DNA of 64,000 nucleotides. It comes from a virus (taxonomy: Duplodnaviria > Heunggongvirae > Uroviricota > Caudoviricetes). This document shows, piece after piece, positions 39,577 through 52,977 of the stretch. The stretch lies in the IMG/VR virus record IMGVR_UViG_3300031992_004563, positions 128,001 to 192,000 of that record, one strand, 5' to 3'. The notes under the pieces were generated by a model. The model did no database searches, was not told the origin of the DNA, and was given only the letters and a program-made list of their open reading frames with translations. How positions within the stretch are numbered: position 1 is the first letter of the stretch; every line of letters starts with the position of its first letter. Position numbers and translations under genes: made by a program.

Positions 39577-40314
39577 ATGACACTTGAAGACATTAAAAAT
39601 GCAGGTTATCGAGTTTTCGGAGCCTATGGAGTAGATTATCGAGATTTTTCTCATATGCATCAAATTTATGATGGCTATGCATATCATGGAATTATTGAAG
39701 TAGATGGAAAGAAAAAGTTCTTCCGTGTAACTTTGGTCGAGGATTGCCCTCTTTATAATGTTCGTATTCGAATCAAAACTATTGATGATCTTAAAGCCGC
39801 CCTTAAGGAATATTTTCCAGTAGACAGTAGTAACATCCATTATTACGATATGTATAATGTGCAAATCCGTGATATCTATCGTGTTGATTCCTTTGTATAT
39901 GGAATTATTAAAGAATACGGATTTAAACCGGGTAGTGGATATGGATTTGACGAGCATGTTATATCATATCAACGTCAAATCGGAAATAAGAAAAACTTGC
40001 ATTTGGATGTAGATACCAAAAACTTTAAATTGCGTGCAAGTTTTGGTGAGTTTTCTTGGACTGAAGCTGATTTCAAAATGTGGGATGTAGAATCTGTAAA
40101 GGATGCATTGTCTCAAGTGATGATGGTTCCTGTTTTGACAGAGGTTGGTTCAGGATTTGATTTGCTTGTAAAGATGCCTGTGTCATCTAAGACTGCAAAA
40201 ATTAATTCAGCTGATAGTGGATTGCTTTCTGTATTTGGTGCAAAACCTGATGATATTCGAGCAAAGCTTGAATCTGCAAAGGCAAATATTGAGAAACTTT
40301 TAGCAACACTTTAA
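39577..40314 (+). CDS. Hypothetical protein
   Basis: 245-aa ORF. Confidence 0.75.
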   Translation: MTLEDIKNAGYRVFGAYGVDYRDFSHMHQIYDGYAYHGIIEVDGKKKFFRVTLVEDCPLYNVRIRIKTIDDLKAALKEYFPVDSSNIHYYDMYNVQIRDIYRVDSFVYGIIKEYGFKPGSGYGFDEHVISYQRQIGNKKNLHLDVDTKNFKLRASFGEFSWTEADFKMWDVESVKDALSQVMMVPVLTEVGSGFDLLVKMPVSSKTAKINSADSGLLSVFGAKPDDIRAKLESAKANIEKLLATL

Positions 40315-40410
40315 TTTAATATAATTATGGAAACTAATATTTTATATTATGTAGGTGCCATTTTGTGGGCAACAGTAATTTGCTTGTTAATTTTTTAAAT
40401 TCATTAAAGT

Positions 40411-40800
40411 ATGATTTATGTAATTCCATCGCCTCTAGTAGATAAAGAGGAAATTAATCTTAAACAAAAAACCCGTGGATTTGTAGAGGTAAATGCTCCA
40501 CATTTCTGGTATTTGCATGGTGTACTTCAAGACAAGTTTAATTTTGATGGTGCATATATGTTTGTAGACTATGGAACATCAAAAACAGAAACTGTTCAAA
40601 CCACTGATAATCATTTATATTTGGCACCAGGCATTCATGATGTAGTTGTTGAAGGATATGATAATCCTTGCAAAGCATATATGTGGCATCGTCAAGAAGG
40701 AACATATACAATTATGCGAGGTGTTGTAATTGATCCATCAGTTAAAGATGATCTTGAATATGCTGAAAAACTATATAGTGAAAAACCTGTGGCTTTTTAA
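40411..40800 (+). CDS. Hypothetical protein
   Basis: 129-aa ORF. Confidence 0.7.
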   Translation: MIYVIPSPLVDKEEINLKQKTRGFVEVNAPHFWYLHGVLQDKFNFDGAYMFVDYGTSKTETVQTTDNHLYLAPGIHDVVVEGYDNPCKAYMWHRQEGTYTIMRGVVIDPSVKDDLEYAEKLYSEKPVAF

Positions 40801-40852
40801 ACAATACTGAAATTTTTACGTATAAATAATATGTAAAACTAACTGAAAAATA

Positions 40853-42205
40853 ATGGAATATTTGCATAATTTGACAAAAGGCAGTGGTAAAGGCAAGGTT
40901 GGCGCAATAATTGGCATAACCTCGCCTATATCATTTACTAAAATGGGTATTAAAAACGCCGGTATGAAAACCTACAAAGACTATCTTGAGCAATATGTAG
41001 GTTATGATAAGGTATATATTATAAGTTCATCTATTGCAAAAAAGAAAATTAATACAGAATATTTTGATGAAGATGCTATTGTATTTGGAATTGATACACC
41101 AAATCTTTTTAATGATTTAAAAATTGATGATATTTTCTGTAAACAACATGTACTAATTTTCTTTGGTGGTGTTCTTGATGATTTTTATTTTTCTATTTGT
41201 AATAGATTAGTTGAATGGTATAAAGAACATGGTGATGGACATTATTATACCATTCAGGATGACCCAGATTTCATTACTATTGACCCTGCAATAATGGTAG
41301 AGGCTAGATTATATAAATCAGAAGATCAAAAGCCCAAACCATACAAATATAATAGATTTACAAAGGATGCAATTCTTTATACAGAATATCAAGAAACTGG
41401 TTTATTGCATCAATGTTTTAATAACACCATTGTAGCACATTGCGGAAATGATTATCCACGTTTTTATGAAGCACGAAATAAAATTAAATTTGGCTCACCA
41501 AATATTGTGACAGAACCAAAATATTGGTGTAAGTTTAATGTTTACAATTGGCAAGGTGTAAATTGTAATTTGGAAGACAAGTTTAAAAATTATGATTTGC
41601 CTCGTAAATATCAAAGTGAATATCATGGCTATATTAAACATGACGAATTCCGTGTTTCAAAAACACTTGCATTCTATAATGAATTAAATGGCCCAATAAA
41701 AGTTATTGAAGCTAAAGGACATTTCTCTGATGAGTTTTTACATTGTGACAAATTTAAAGAGATAGAATATAATAAGCTTTTTGAGGAAATTTGCAAAGAT
41801 TCGTATACATCATTTATCATTGCAAATCCTGCAACATTTGATGATTTCATAAGTCCTCGTTATTTTGATTTAATGCTCGCAGACATCATTCCATTTGTTT
41901 ATTATGAGTATGATAGCAAAAAAGCATATACGAATGACGAGAAATTAAAAGAATTGATGTATGTAACTACACCACAAGATTTCAAAAATAAAGTGGAATC
42001 TGTTATTAATAATCCTAATTATTTTAGACACATTAAATATTTGCAACGGAAATCAATATATGATAAATTTAATGATTATATGACAGATGCATCTAAAAAA
42101 ATCTTTATAGACTATTTAGAAGCCAATAAAGAACTTGAACACTGGGATGGTAAAGAGATTTAGATTAAAACTGAAAAAGTTTATGAACAAACTGAATTAT
42201 TTTAA
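40853..42205 (+). CDS. DNA beta-glucosyltransferase (T4 BGT-like); TAG at 42161 read through
   Basis: LIFFGG, IIANPATFDDFISPRYFDLMLADII..EYDSKK and YVTTPQDFKNKV..LQ align by eye with T4 BGT INFFGG, IIGDKNYNDNFITLRVWETMASD..EFDTKH and YVNNRAELIDRV..IQ. Confidence 0.75.
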
Positions 42206-42210
42206 AAAAT

Positions 42211-42239
42211 AAAGGAGAATCAAATTTGATTCTCCTTTT
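42211..42239. terminator. Bidirectional terminator
   Basis: AAAGGAGAATCAAA/TTTGATTCTCCTTT between convergent genes. Confidence 0.7.
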
Positions 42240-42240
42240 C

Positions 42241-42501
42241 TTATTCTATAACATCTAAAGTTTTTTCTTCAATTTCTTTAAAATCAAAATTGCTAAAGAT
42301 TTCTTTAAGTTTTTCAAATGCTTTATTAAAATTATTTTCTGTTGTATCTTCAATATCTTCATATTGTGCAGAACAATCTGCAAACATAATTGTCCAACCA
42401 TGTTGGCCTGCCTCAATCGTTACTTCACCATAATTATCACTTCTAAATGTTTTAATAATTTCAACTTCTGATGATGGCATCATTCCAAAAAATCTTTCCA
42501 T
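42241..42501 (-). CDS. Phage hypothetical protein
   Basis: FFGMMPS..IEAGQHGWTI. Confidence 0.7.
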   Translation of the reverse strand: MERFFGMMPSSEVEIIKTFRSDNYGEVTIEAGQHGWTIMFADCSAQYEDIEDTTENNFNKAFEKLKEIFSNFDFKEIEEKTLDVIE

Positions 42502-42507
42502 AATTTA

Positions 42508-43131
42508 TTATTTTTCCTATTTTTCTTGTTCCTTCATTTTCTCTTTATAACATCTTCTACAAATTGCTGTATATCTATCATCTCCACCAACTTCTACAGT
42601 AGCACCTGAAATTGCAAGTTTTCCATCCTTTGTAAATCGTGCATTAACTAAATTTTTTCTTCCACATTCACATGTAGATTTAATTTCTTCTAATTTATCT
42701 GCAATTTCAAATAATCGTTTTGAACCGGGAAATAAATGTGTTTTAAAATCGGTTCTTAATCCAAAACAATATACATCAATATCTAAATAATCTACAATAT
42801 CACTTAATTGATCCACTTGTTCTTCTGTTAAGAATTGTGCTTCATCAACTAACACCCATTTTATTTCTGGTGTATTTTTAGTCTCTTTAATATAGTTTAT
42901 TACTTTAAAGTATATGTTGGTCTCGGGTGTCACGGAAATACATTCACGTTCAATTCCATTACCAATTCTTGATTTAATTGTTGTTGCACCATCTCTAGTG
43001 TCAATACTTGACTTAAATATTAGAAAATGTATATTTCGTTGCTCAAAATTATGAGCAGTAGTTAAAACCTAAAGTGATTTTCCAGACGCCATTGTTCCAT
43101 AGCTAAACCGTAGTTTTGCGTGCATATTCAT
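42508..43131 (-). CDS. tdk: Thymidine kinase (two in-frame TAG)
   Basis: YGTMASGKSL(TAG)VL P-loop, LVDEAQFL, FGLRTDF, LFPGS, CECG, YTAICRRC. Confidence 0.95.
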
Positions 43132-43212
43132 ATATTAATTTTTATTATTCTATAAAAATGATAATATAAAGTTTTTATGATAAATAATAAAAGTATATTA
43201 ATGTCTTAAATC

Positions 43213-45369
43213 ATGGTATATGATGATGTAGATAAAATAGAGAAATTGCAAAAATACTATTATGTATCAAAAGGCACACCATACTATTTAGCAGATAGAG
43301 TTGGTAAGTTATAGCCTATTACATTTTCAATTTCTTATGATGGTTCATAGTTTAAATTTACACCTGATAATTATGTAAAAGGCTTAGAAAAATTAGGCCC
43401 AATATTTACATAGTCATTAACTGATACAAGTTTATTAAGAGGGATTACACGAATAATGGCATTAGCTACATATTTTGCTGTTTAGTATTCTGCAATATGT
43501 CATTCAAAAGGCACTAAAAATGCTATAAAAGATAAAGATTATAGATTTTATTTTTCTAGTGGAAAAGCCACAGATATAGTTACATATATTGACTATACAA
43601 ATAATATGGTCTTTCCAGATGATAAAAATTATGAACCAATTGCAGAATGTATATTTCCAAATGCAGATCGTGTTCCACCATATGTTGGATTTCATAGATG
43701 TGCATGGATGCCAAAAGATGTTTTACCAATAAATTATGCCAATATAGAATATTGGGGGTATAAAGAAAAACAAAAAACTTTTAAGGATTTTTTTGAAGAA
43801 TATTTAGCAATATTTAAAACAGAATTATCTGCAAAGCTAAAAGCTTTTAAAATTCATGAACAAATTGATATTCCAACCAAATTAGTTTTATATGGTACAT
43901 GTAATGGATTTGGGCAAGGAAAAGATAAATAGGGATTAATATCTATTTTATATATTGAAAATAAAACATCAGCATCTAAATATTTTGAATTCAAAGAAAT
44001 GTGTAATGAAAAATTAGATGAATATTTAAAACCATTTAATTTAACACATGAAGATATTTTAAATTTAACATAGAAAGATATTGATGAAAAATATGATACT
44101 TATCAAAAAATTGATAAAATTGCAAGAAAATGTGGATATTTAAAAGACCCACGGGGTTTAAATGTTGGATATCATGAATATAATTATATTGAGTATAATG
44201 ATGAAATTGAATATAGTGGAAAATTTGGATTAAAACGTTGGGAGGGGATTAAAAGATATTATCCTGATTTATGGAAAGGCTTGAAATTAATTATGGACCA
44301 ATATATTAAGCTTGCAACCCAATATAATACATATGTTCAAAATGAATACAATGTTAGAATGGGTAAATTATCAGATTAGAGACTTGAATATCTAGCTAAT
44401 AAAGATGATAATATAACTGAAAGAAATATTATTAAATATGTTAATAATGCTATTAAAGATTTAAAAACTATAAAGATTGATGATTATAGTGAATTGGTAG
44501 ATACATTATAGGTTTTAAATCAAAATATTTTAGATGAAGTTAGTAAATTATATTAGCCATTTTATAAAGAATAGGTTAAACAATATAAATATGATCATCC
44601 ACGTGCAAGAAAAATGACTATTATATTTGATAACGATTTCTTTAAACAAAAATTTAGTTCAACATAGGAAATATTACAATATTAGCCATTTAATTTTAAT
44701 TTTTTACCAAAAGAAATTAAAGATATTTTTGAGAATAAAGAATTATAGAATTTAAAACATTTATTAGAAAGATTTAAATTATCTATGAGGCCAAAACCTA
44801 CATTTTATGTTAATAATTAGTTTTTAAAAGTAAATAAAATTAATTCGCGTGGATTCTCAGAATATATAATAGAAGATATTCATAATGCTGATAATACATT
44901 AGAATTTGCATATGTTTCAAATGGCGGTATTGATGAAAATACGAAATATTTAATAGATAACGATATAAATAAGTTTTGTGAATCTAATCAATCTAGAGAT
45001 TGCCAAAAAATATCAGTAGAAGATTTTAAATAGGTTATATGTGCATTTTTAAGTTCACCATTTAAATTTACAATTAAATGGAGATAGGTTTGGTTTGGAT
45101 ATAAACCAGAACTAATAACACCATTGTTTGATAATAAACCAAATAATGAAGCACATGTTAATTTTAGCAATTGGCGTTTTGATAGTGAAAGATCACTTGA
45201 TGATATTATGACATCGCTTGATATGAGACACGATAATGATTCAATTGAACATTATTATGCACAATATTTTATTGTATGTGAATATGAAAATCCACAATTA
45301 ATAGTTAACAAACTTAAAGAAGTCGAATGCGTCAAAAATGCTATTAATAACATTTTTGAATAGCCTTAA
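43213..45369 (+). CDS. Large hypothetical protein, 718 aa (TAG=Q)
   Basis: Single frame interrupted only by TAG; follows ATAAATA at 43180. Confidence 0.8.
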
Positions 45370-45414
45370 AAAATCAAATAAATAATACAGAAATATAATA
45401 TAAAATATATAATT

Positions 45415-46518
45415 ATGATTAATAAATTAAAAGATTGTTAGAAAACAACATTAATAGGTCAATTACCTGATATTATTAATAGTAATAATGATGCAATTGA
45501 AAATGAATTTAATTGGATTTTTGATTCATCATTAAATAGATTAACAAAATCTGTTTATTCACCAACAGGAAGTGTAAAAGCCCACTTTGGGGAATTTGTT
45601 AATTTGGCATGCGAATATCTTACTGTTAAAAATATTGATTCAATATAGGATAATATTCAAAGATCTACAGAAAATGTTATTAACAAAATACTTAACGTGT
45701 CAAGCATGCAAATTGTTATGGCAGCGTTAACCAATATTGCTAATAGCAGTTTTATTGATCCAACAGTTTATAATGTTTCTTCATTATGTGATATTTCAAC
45801 ATTAATAGTAAGTCATAATTTGTTAAATGATAGATTTTTTAATGAAGACGATTTTGGAACGACTTCATTTACACATGATGCTCAATCAATTGTTTATAAA
45901 GAAGAAAATGGATATGTAACAGTTAGTGATTCATTAAATACTATAATTCCAAATGTAAAAATGCTAAATACTAGTGTTAATATATTAGAAAATGATTTAG
46001 CAAATCATGTAAGAAGATTAGATTCAAGTGTTAATATATTAGAAAATGAATTAGTAAATACAAATACAAGTGTTAATATATTAGAAAATGATTTAGCAAA
46101 TCATGTAAGAAGATTAGATTCAAGTGTTAATGAATTAGATGCAAGTGTTAATATATTAGAAAATGAATTAGTAAATACAAATACAAGCGTTAATGAATTA
46201 TCTGATATTATTAATGTAATTAAAAACACACTTTAGATTTATAGAGTTGTATTAACACCAAAAGATGATAAAATTTATCCAGATACATCACTTAATTTAA
46301 TATTAGCAAATGGCCAACCATTTGGTCCTAAATTATTTACACCTGAAGATTATATATTAGATGGTTCAACAATGACATTTACTGGATGGTTTGATGTAAG
46401 TAATAATGAATATAAAGATATTACAATAGTTCAATTATCAGATGATAATTTAGTGTTAAATGCTAGTTGGGCTGAAGTATCACCTTCTATGGCTTTAGGT
46501 GAATATACTACTGAATAA
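45415..46518 (+). CDS. Probable virion protein with coiled-coil repeats and C-terminal InlB B-repeat-like domain (TAG=Q)
   Basis: SVNILENDLANHVRRLD repeats; FTGWF..LNASW. Confidence 0.75.
45972..46200 (+). repeat. Intragenic tandem modules encoding heptad repeats
   Basis: AGTGTTAATATATTAGAAAATGA x4 with alternating downstream modules. Confidence 0.85.
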
Positions 46519-46549
46519 TTTAAAAGAAAATTAATATAACAAATATATT

Positions 46550-48535
46550 ATGGGAAATAAAAAAACTCCTTTATTGCAAAAATTAAGAAATGTTGGTGGA
46601 ACATTATATGTTTTTCCATCTGCAAGTGAAGATATTGGTTTAAATCTTTAGTCAACAACTACAGGTGTAGCTATGTCTCATTTTGCATTATTAAATATTC
46701 CTGAATTAACAGTTGCAAATTGTTTAAAAGAATGTTCACATAGTGTAACAGTTAATACACATATAACAGAACCTAATGCAGCACTCGCAGCATCATTGCA
46801 AAATTATGCAATGAATTTTGAGACACATATAACAAATGATGATAATTATAATTATCAAAAATTAGAAACAGTTTCTGAAAAAGTTTTCTGGAAGTGGGCA
46901 AGACATATTGGAATTTTTGATCCATCATAGAATTTAGATCCCGTACCAAATGTTAACGATGTTTATTTTGATAATCGATATAATGCAGATGGAAGCGTTG
47001 GTGTACAAGATAATACATTGATTAAATGCTTTGGATCAATTGATGCCGGAAATCAGTTATCAACAGAGTTTGGAATGTTTAATGAAACTTATATTAATAT
47101 TCCAACTTCATGGGGATCAGGCCCAGTATTTATGAAGCATTCTAATAGTGAAAATTTTAAATTAGGAAATTCATATATAGTTGATAATATAGATCATCTT
47201 GAAGGCCGTGGTGATTCCAATGAATACTATTCATATTTTCAAGGTTAGGATTATCCATTTTTTGATAAAAAAAGTAATGATACTGGTGAATATGATGAAT
47301 ATTTTATAAATAATGAATATGATGGTTTTGAAATTCTTAAAGACTTAAATCAAATTCAAACTGCATCTAGAAAACAATTTAATAATGATGAAATATTATT
47401 TGATTCATATGATGATATTAACATTGATACATTAAATCAATTAAATGTTGATCAACAATTTGAATTTAATACTATATTATTATATTATAGTGTATATGAT
47501 CAAGATGATTTAGTTAAAACTGCATATGCAACAAATTTATTTGGTGTAATTTTCTTAGATGGTGCAAGACCAAAAGATGATACTTTTTATATTCCTACAA
47601 TTACAAAGAGAAAATCAACAACAACACAATTTGGTAATAGTTATTCATTTAGAGTTAATCTTAAAACTATGTCAGTATATGATAATACTGATGCTATTAT
47701 TTAGGATAACACTACAACTAGCGGAGTTAATGCAGTTGAATTTTCTGATGCAATATCTAATATGAATCGAGCAATTGATATTATGAATTCTAATTTAGCA
47801 ACAACTTTAGCAATTCAAGATCAATATGCAGCAATTATTAATTATTATGATAATTTTGAAGATGACTTAAGAGATATTTCTACATGTTTATATGCATATC
47901 TTAAAGGAACACGTTCATCATTTGTTGATACAAGTGTTTTATATGCCAATGAAATTAGAACATCTAAAGCTGAATCAGTATTTGAAAATAATAAAATTAT
48001 TATTAGAGCACATGACACAACATTAGATGAAAATGGTGATGTTATTTATAAAGAACCAGTTGTTACAATTGCGGATAATGATGTTATTATTCCAGTCATT
48101 CATAATACAAGTATGTGGACAACAGATCAATATGTTGTAAATAATATGATAAATGCTGAAGGCCTTGATATTGATGCAAGTCTTAATGAATCAAATGTAT
48201 TTGTATATGATTGTAAACGAACACTTGATAAAGCATTTAGTGAAAATGGTCTTAGTGTTAGTCTTAAAGTAAGAGATAATCAAGATCATACTGGTTCTCA
48301 TTCATATAATGAATTATATATCAATCCAGATTCTTCAATATTTAATGTTAATGATTAGTATAATTTAAGATATATGTTAGATGAAAACAATAATGTTAAT
48401 TACCTTGCAATTATTCCATATTTAGTTGCAGAAGTTAAACATTTAAGAGCGATATTAATTAGTGCCGGTTTGGAACAAGACTTAACTGATTTAACAGATG
48501 ATGATTTTTATAATGATATATTCAGACCAAATTAA
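46550..48535 (+). CDS. Putative structural (baseplate/tail-associated) protein, 661 aa (TAG=Q)
   Basis: Single frame joins four track fragments; C-terminal VNYLAIIPYLVAEVKHL resembles a fibre chaperone coiled coil. Confidence 0.75.
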
Positions 48536-48642
48536 TTAGATAATTAAAAACATAAAAATTAAAGGAAGCTTTAAAAAAGGCTTCCTTTAATATTAAAATA
48601 AATAACATATAAAAGCAAAATTAGAAAATAAGTTTAAATTAT

Positions 48643-50874
48643 ATGGCACAAAGTAGTTCAACCGGAATTAAAGATTTTGTTAAACATGCATTAACAAGCT
48701 ATTATAAAAATTTTCAAATTAAATTGGCTGATGGCCCTGAATCAACTGATGTAAACCCGGCTATTAAAATTAATAATGGCAAGATTTATGTTCATAATGT
48801 TGGTAACTATAATGGAAATATTAATAATTCATCTACATTATAGGAAGTTATAAATAGTATTGGCAATAATGTTAATAGTATTAATTCTGAAATTACAGAT
48901 ATAAATGGAAGAATCGCAAGTATTCCTGGTGCATCAAAAATGATTGCTGGAAATAATGATCTTACAATATAGATTGGTGAAGATGGTTCTACATATTTTT
49001 ATATTGAAGGATATAGATATAATAAAGACACAAGTTCATTTGCAATTGGAAAAGATGCAAGTGCTGATGGTATTAGTTCTTTTGCAGGTGGATATATTGA
49101 TGGCTCACATGGATTCATTAATGCACTAGGAACCGGTTCTTATGCATATGGCTATGCAAAAGGAATGAAAGCTATGGAAATTACAGGACAACCGGATGTT
49201 TTTGGTGATTCAAGTATATATGCAATTGGATATGGTGCTCATGCAGAAGGATATGCAAACCCAATTTATGATATTAATGTGCCAACTAGAATAGAATTTT
49301 ATGCGATTAGTGCATCTGGAAATGGCGCTCATGCAGAAGGCGCAATTGGCGGAGTAAATCTTAATAATTTAATATTAACACCATCAGGTATTGGTTCCCA
49401 AATACAAATTAATGATAGTATTGAAGCATCCGGAAATGGCGCACATGCAGAAGGTATTGGAACATAGGCATTAAACCATGGTGCACACTCAGAGGGTGTA
49501 AAAACGCATGCAACCGCAGCTGGATCACACACTGAAGGATATTCAACTACTGCATCTGGAACTCTTTCACATGCTGAAGGATATGCAACAGACGCATCTG
49601 GTCGGATTAGTCATGCTGAAGGCATTAAATCAATTGCTGGTGGAATTGCATCACATGCTGAAGGCGGATATTTTAGAAAAACATCAAATAGAGTTATTGA
49701 TTATTCTGGCGGAGAAGCTAATGGTGACGGCTCTCACGCTGAAGGTATATTTACAATTACAAATAATTTTGGAGAACATGCCGAAGGTGTAGGAAACATA
49801 TCTCATAAAACAAGTAATACATATGGGCATGCAGGTAATACATAGCATTCTATTGGTATTGGCACAACATCAATATCATTATCTGAAATAAATGTAACTA
49901 GAAAAAATGCATTTGAAGTAATGCAAGACGGCTCTGTATATTTAATTGGTGTTGGATTATATGATGGAAGTAATTATTTAGATGCATCAACTCTTCAAGA
50001 AGTTATTAATTCTAAAGGTGGTGGAGGTTCAGAAACAGATACTAAAGATACTGCTGGCACAACAACTGTATCTGCAACAAAAATGTTTTTAATTGGCGCA
50101 ACAACAACTGGTGGAACACCTGTTACTCATGTTAATGAAAAAGTTTATATTGGAACAGATAATTGTTTATATTCAAATAATACAATAGTTTCTGTTAATG
50201 GACATACACATAGTGAATATGCATCATCATCACATGATCATGGAAATTTAACAAATGCAGGTAAATTAACTAATAATCCTACTACAATATCTACTGCAAG
50301 TTCTTTACCTATTGTATTAGGTGCAAATGCAGGTGATAATGCATATAGTTTATGTAATTCTACTATACAATTTGATACTACAATAAATGATTAGTATTTA
50401 TGTAAAAATGGTACATGGCAAACTGTTTCTGGTGGTTCTGGTGGTACAGATGAAAAATTAAGTGTTACATCAACCACATCTAAAGTATATTTAGCAGGTA
50501 TGAGTTCAACTTCTACAATAAGTACAGGCTATACAAATACTAATGTATATATGCAAAATGGCAATGTAACAGCTATTGCATTTTATCAAAGCTCGGATGC
50601 GCGTAAAAAGAATGTTAAACGTGAATTAGATATTGAAAAATGTTATGAATTAATAGATAAATGTTCAGAAATAGTTTTTGAATGGAAAGACAAAGAAAAT
50701 AGTAAAGAAGAAATTGGTATGATTGCATAGGAAGTTCAAGAATTTTTCCCTGAAATTATTAATGAGAATGAAGATGGATATTTATCATTAGATTATTCTA
50801 AATTAACTGTTATTTGTTTAAGAGTTCTTAAAGATTTAATTAATGAAGTTAAAATATTAAAAAATTAGAAATAA
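48643..50874 (+). CDS. Tail fibre with AHAEG repeats and peptidase S74 chaperone (TAG=Q)
   Basis: Many SHAEG/AHAEG repeats; SSDARKKN..GMIA(TAG)EV..SLDYSKL. Confidence 0.88.
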
Positions 50875-50877
50875 TTT

Positions 50878-52059
50878 ATGAATACTTATATATTATCAAC
50901 TAATAGTACTGTTAAACCTGGTAGTAGTAATATTACATACACATATGTTGGGACTGATAATTCTTTTGCGCACCCATATGTTTTTAGAAATATGCTTTTA
51001 TTAGAAGATAATTATTGTTATGTAGATGATACTATAGATAGTCTTGGCATTCATTCATATATAGGTTGGACAGACCCTAATAGTTTAAATGAAAATGATA
51101 AAATTGGAAGCATGAGAGCATCATGGGAAATTGAAGCATACGGGGTTGCAACTATAGCAGAAGCTGCAGAAATTGGAGGCACAACAGGCACAATAGAAAT
51201 ATTTAATAAATTAGTAAATAAAAATGATTTAGGAGATTATAATTGTCAACTTGCAGAAGAAACAACTATAGAATATAATGGAAATTAGTGTGTTAATTAT
51301 GATGATATTGAAATTACCGAAATAAATCTCAATTATTGTAAATTTACTGCTTTATAGGATAATAGCACAATTAATTTTAAAAATGGTTCAACTGTTGCAA
51401 CAGCTAATTGTTGGAATCTTCAATTTTCATTAGATGATGGAGAACATTGGACAAATTTTAATGATTTATATGCACCACAAAGGGTTGATGAAGGTAAAAC
51501 AATATATATAAGACAAAATGTGGATGAATCTGGTGATGCACGTGGAAATCAATCAGACCAAAATTGGTATCATTTTGTTATGACTGGCTCATTTAAAGGT
51601 GGAGGTTATTTAAGTTCGATAATAGATGGATAGAATTCCAATGATACTAACAAGGAATTTTCAAGTAATGCAGAGTATATATTTTATAAGTTATTTAGCG
51701 GATGCACAGCATTAACAGAATCTCCAATAATAAATTATACAGGTGCAAGCTATCATGGTTATGAACAAATGTTTGATGGATGCACATCATTATCAAAGGT
51801 TGAAACATATCAAAAAGAATTTTTGACTATTGATGGAACAGCACACCCACAAGCAACTAATAACTCTTGGTTAAATAATGTTAAATCTACCGATTTATGT
51901 GTCTTAACGGTGCATCAAGGAGTAATATCGGGTAAGGGTATATGGGATAATATACTTGAGAAGTATAGAAGTGAATATCCATCATCAACATGCCCATTGA
52001 ATTGGAGTTTGTACGACCCTGATAAACGTGTTACACTTGATGATCCTACCAATTTATAA
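50878..52059 (+). CDS. Virion-associated protein with BspA-like LRR units (TAG=Q)
   Basis: LFSGCTALTESP..MFDGCTSLSKV. Confidence 0.75.
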
Positions 52060-52097
52060 TATAATAAATATAAAAAGAATAATTAATTTATAATAAT

Positions 52098-52469
52098 ATG
52101 AATAATTTAACTTTAGAAGTTTTAGAAGAATATGCTGGTATTTTATCAGAAAATCAAGCTAATAAGTTATATGAGTCTAAAACTGGCAAATAGTATCAAA
52201 AACAATTATTTGAAGATTCTAATGAGTTAAAACTCAAATTAGATCCTATCACTATTTTTAAAGAAACTAAAATGCAAAAAATACAATTTGCAAATTGGTT
52301 AAATGAAAATTGTGCATCACTTATGAATAATATTGCATATAAAATTTCTAGTGAAGGCATTGAATTTAAAACGTATGATAGAAATCTTTATAGAAAACTT
52401 CAAGAATCTTTAATGGCTGGAGGTTTTTCTAGTAAGAAAATTGTTGAATTAAGAGATAAAAAATACTAA
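52098..52469 (+). CDS. Hypothetical late protein (TAG=Q)
   Basis: Extends track ORF 52272; contains LSE, LYE, LFE and LNE motifs. Confidence 0.7.
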
Positions 52470-52478
52470 TTGAAAAAT

Positions 52479-52952
52479 ATGAGTGTAAGAATTAAGTTAA
52501 ATAGTAGAAAATTTTTTGGTGAAGGATTATTAATTGGTTCACGTTTAAATGAGGGCGAAGTAACTCAACAAACTGTAGACACATCTACACAAAATGCTTC
52601 AACTGATGCTTCAACACAGACTACTCCTAATGCATCAACTGCACAAAATAATCAATAGCCACAACAAGGCCCATCATTAGATTAGCAAATCAATAAAATT
52701 ATTTATGATGGATTCAGTAACATGGTTCAACAAATTGATGGCAAATTTAAACAACTTCAATTACCAGAAGGTGTTCAAGTACAATGGGTGCAAGTAACTC
52801 AACCAAAAGATCAAACGCTTCAATCTGTATGGGCATCTGTTCAACAATTTTTATCTGGAAATATTAAGGCAGTTGCTACTGCATTACAACAAAAACAAAA
52901 TGCACAACAATCGGCAGTAGCTAATTCATCTACAGTCACACCGGCACAATAA
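52479..52952 (+). CDS. Q/T-rich late protein (TAG=Q)
   Basis: Joins two track ORFs; RLNE near the N-terminus. Confidence 0.75.
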
Positions 52953-52977
52953 AAATAATAGAATATATATAAGTTAT

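Noticed and set aside
45972-46200. Possible CRISPR array
   Set aside because: Repeats are in-frame coding modules and the intervening sequences also repeat; no cas genes
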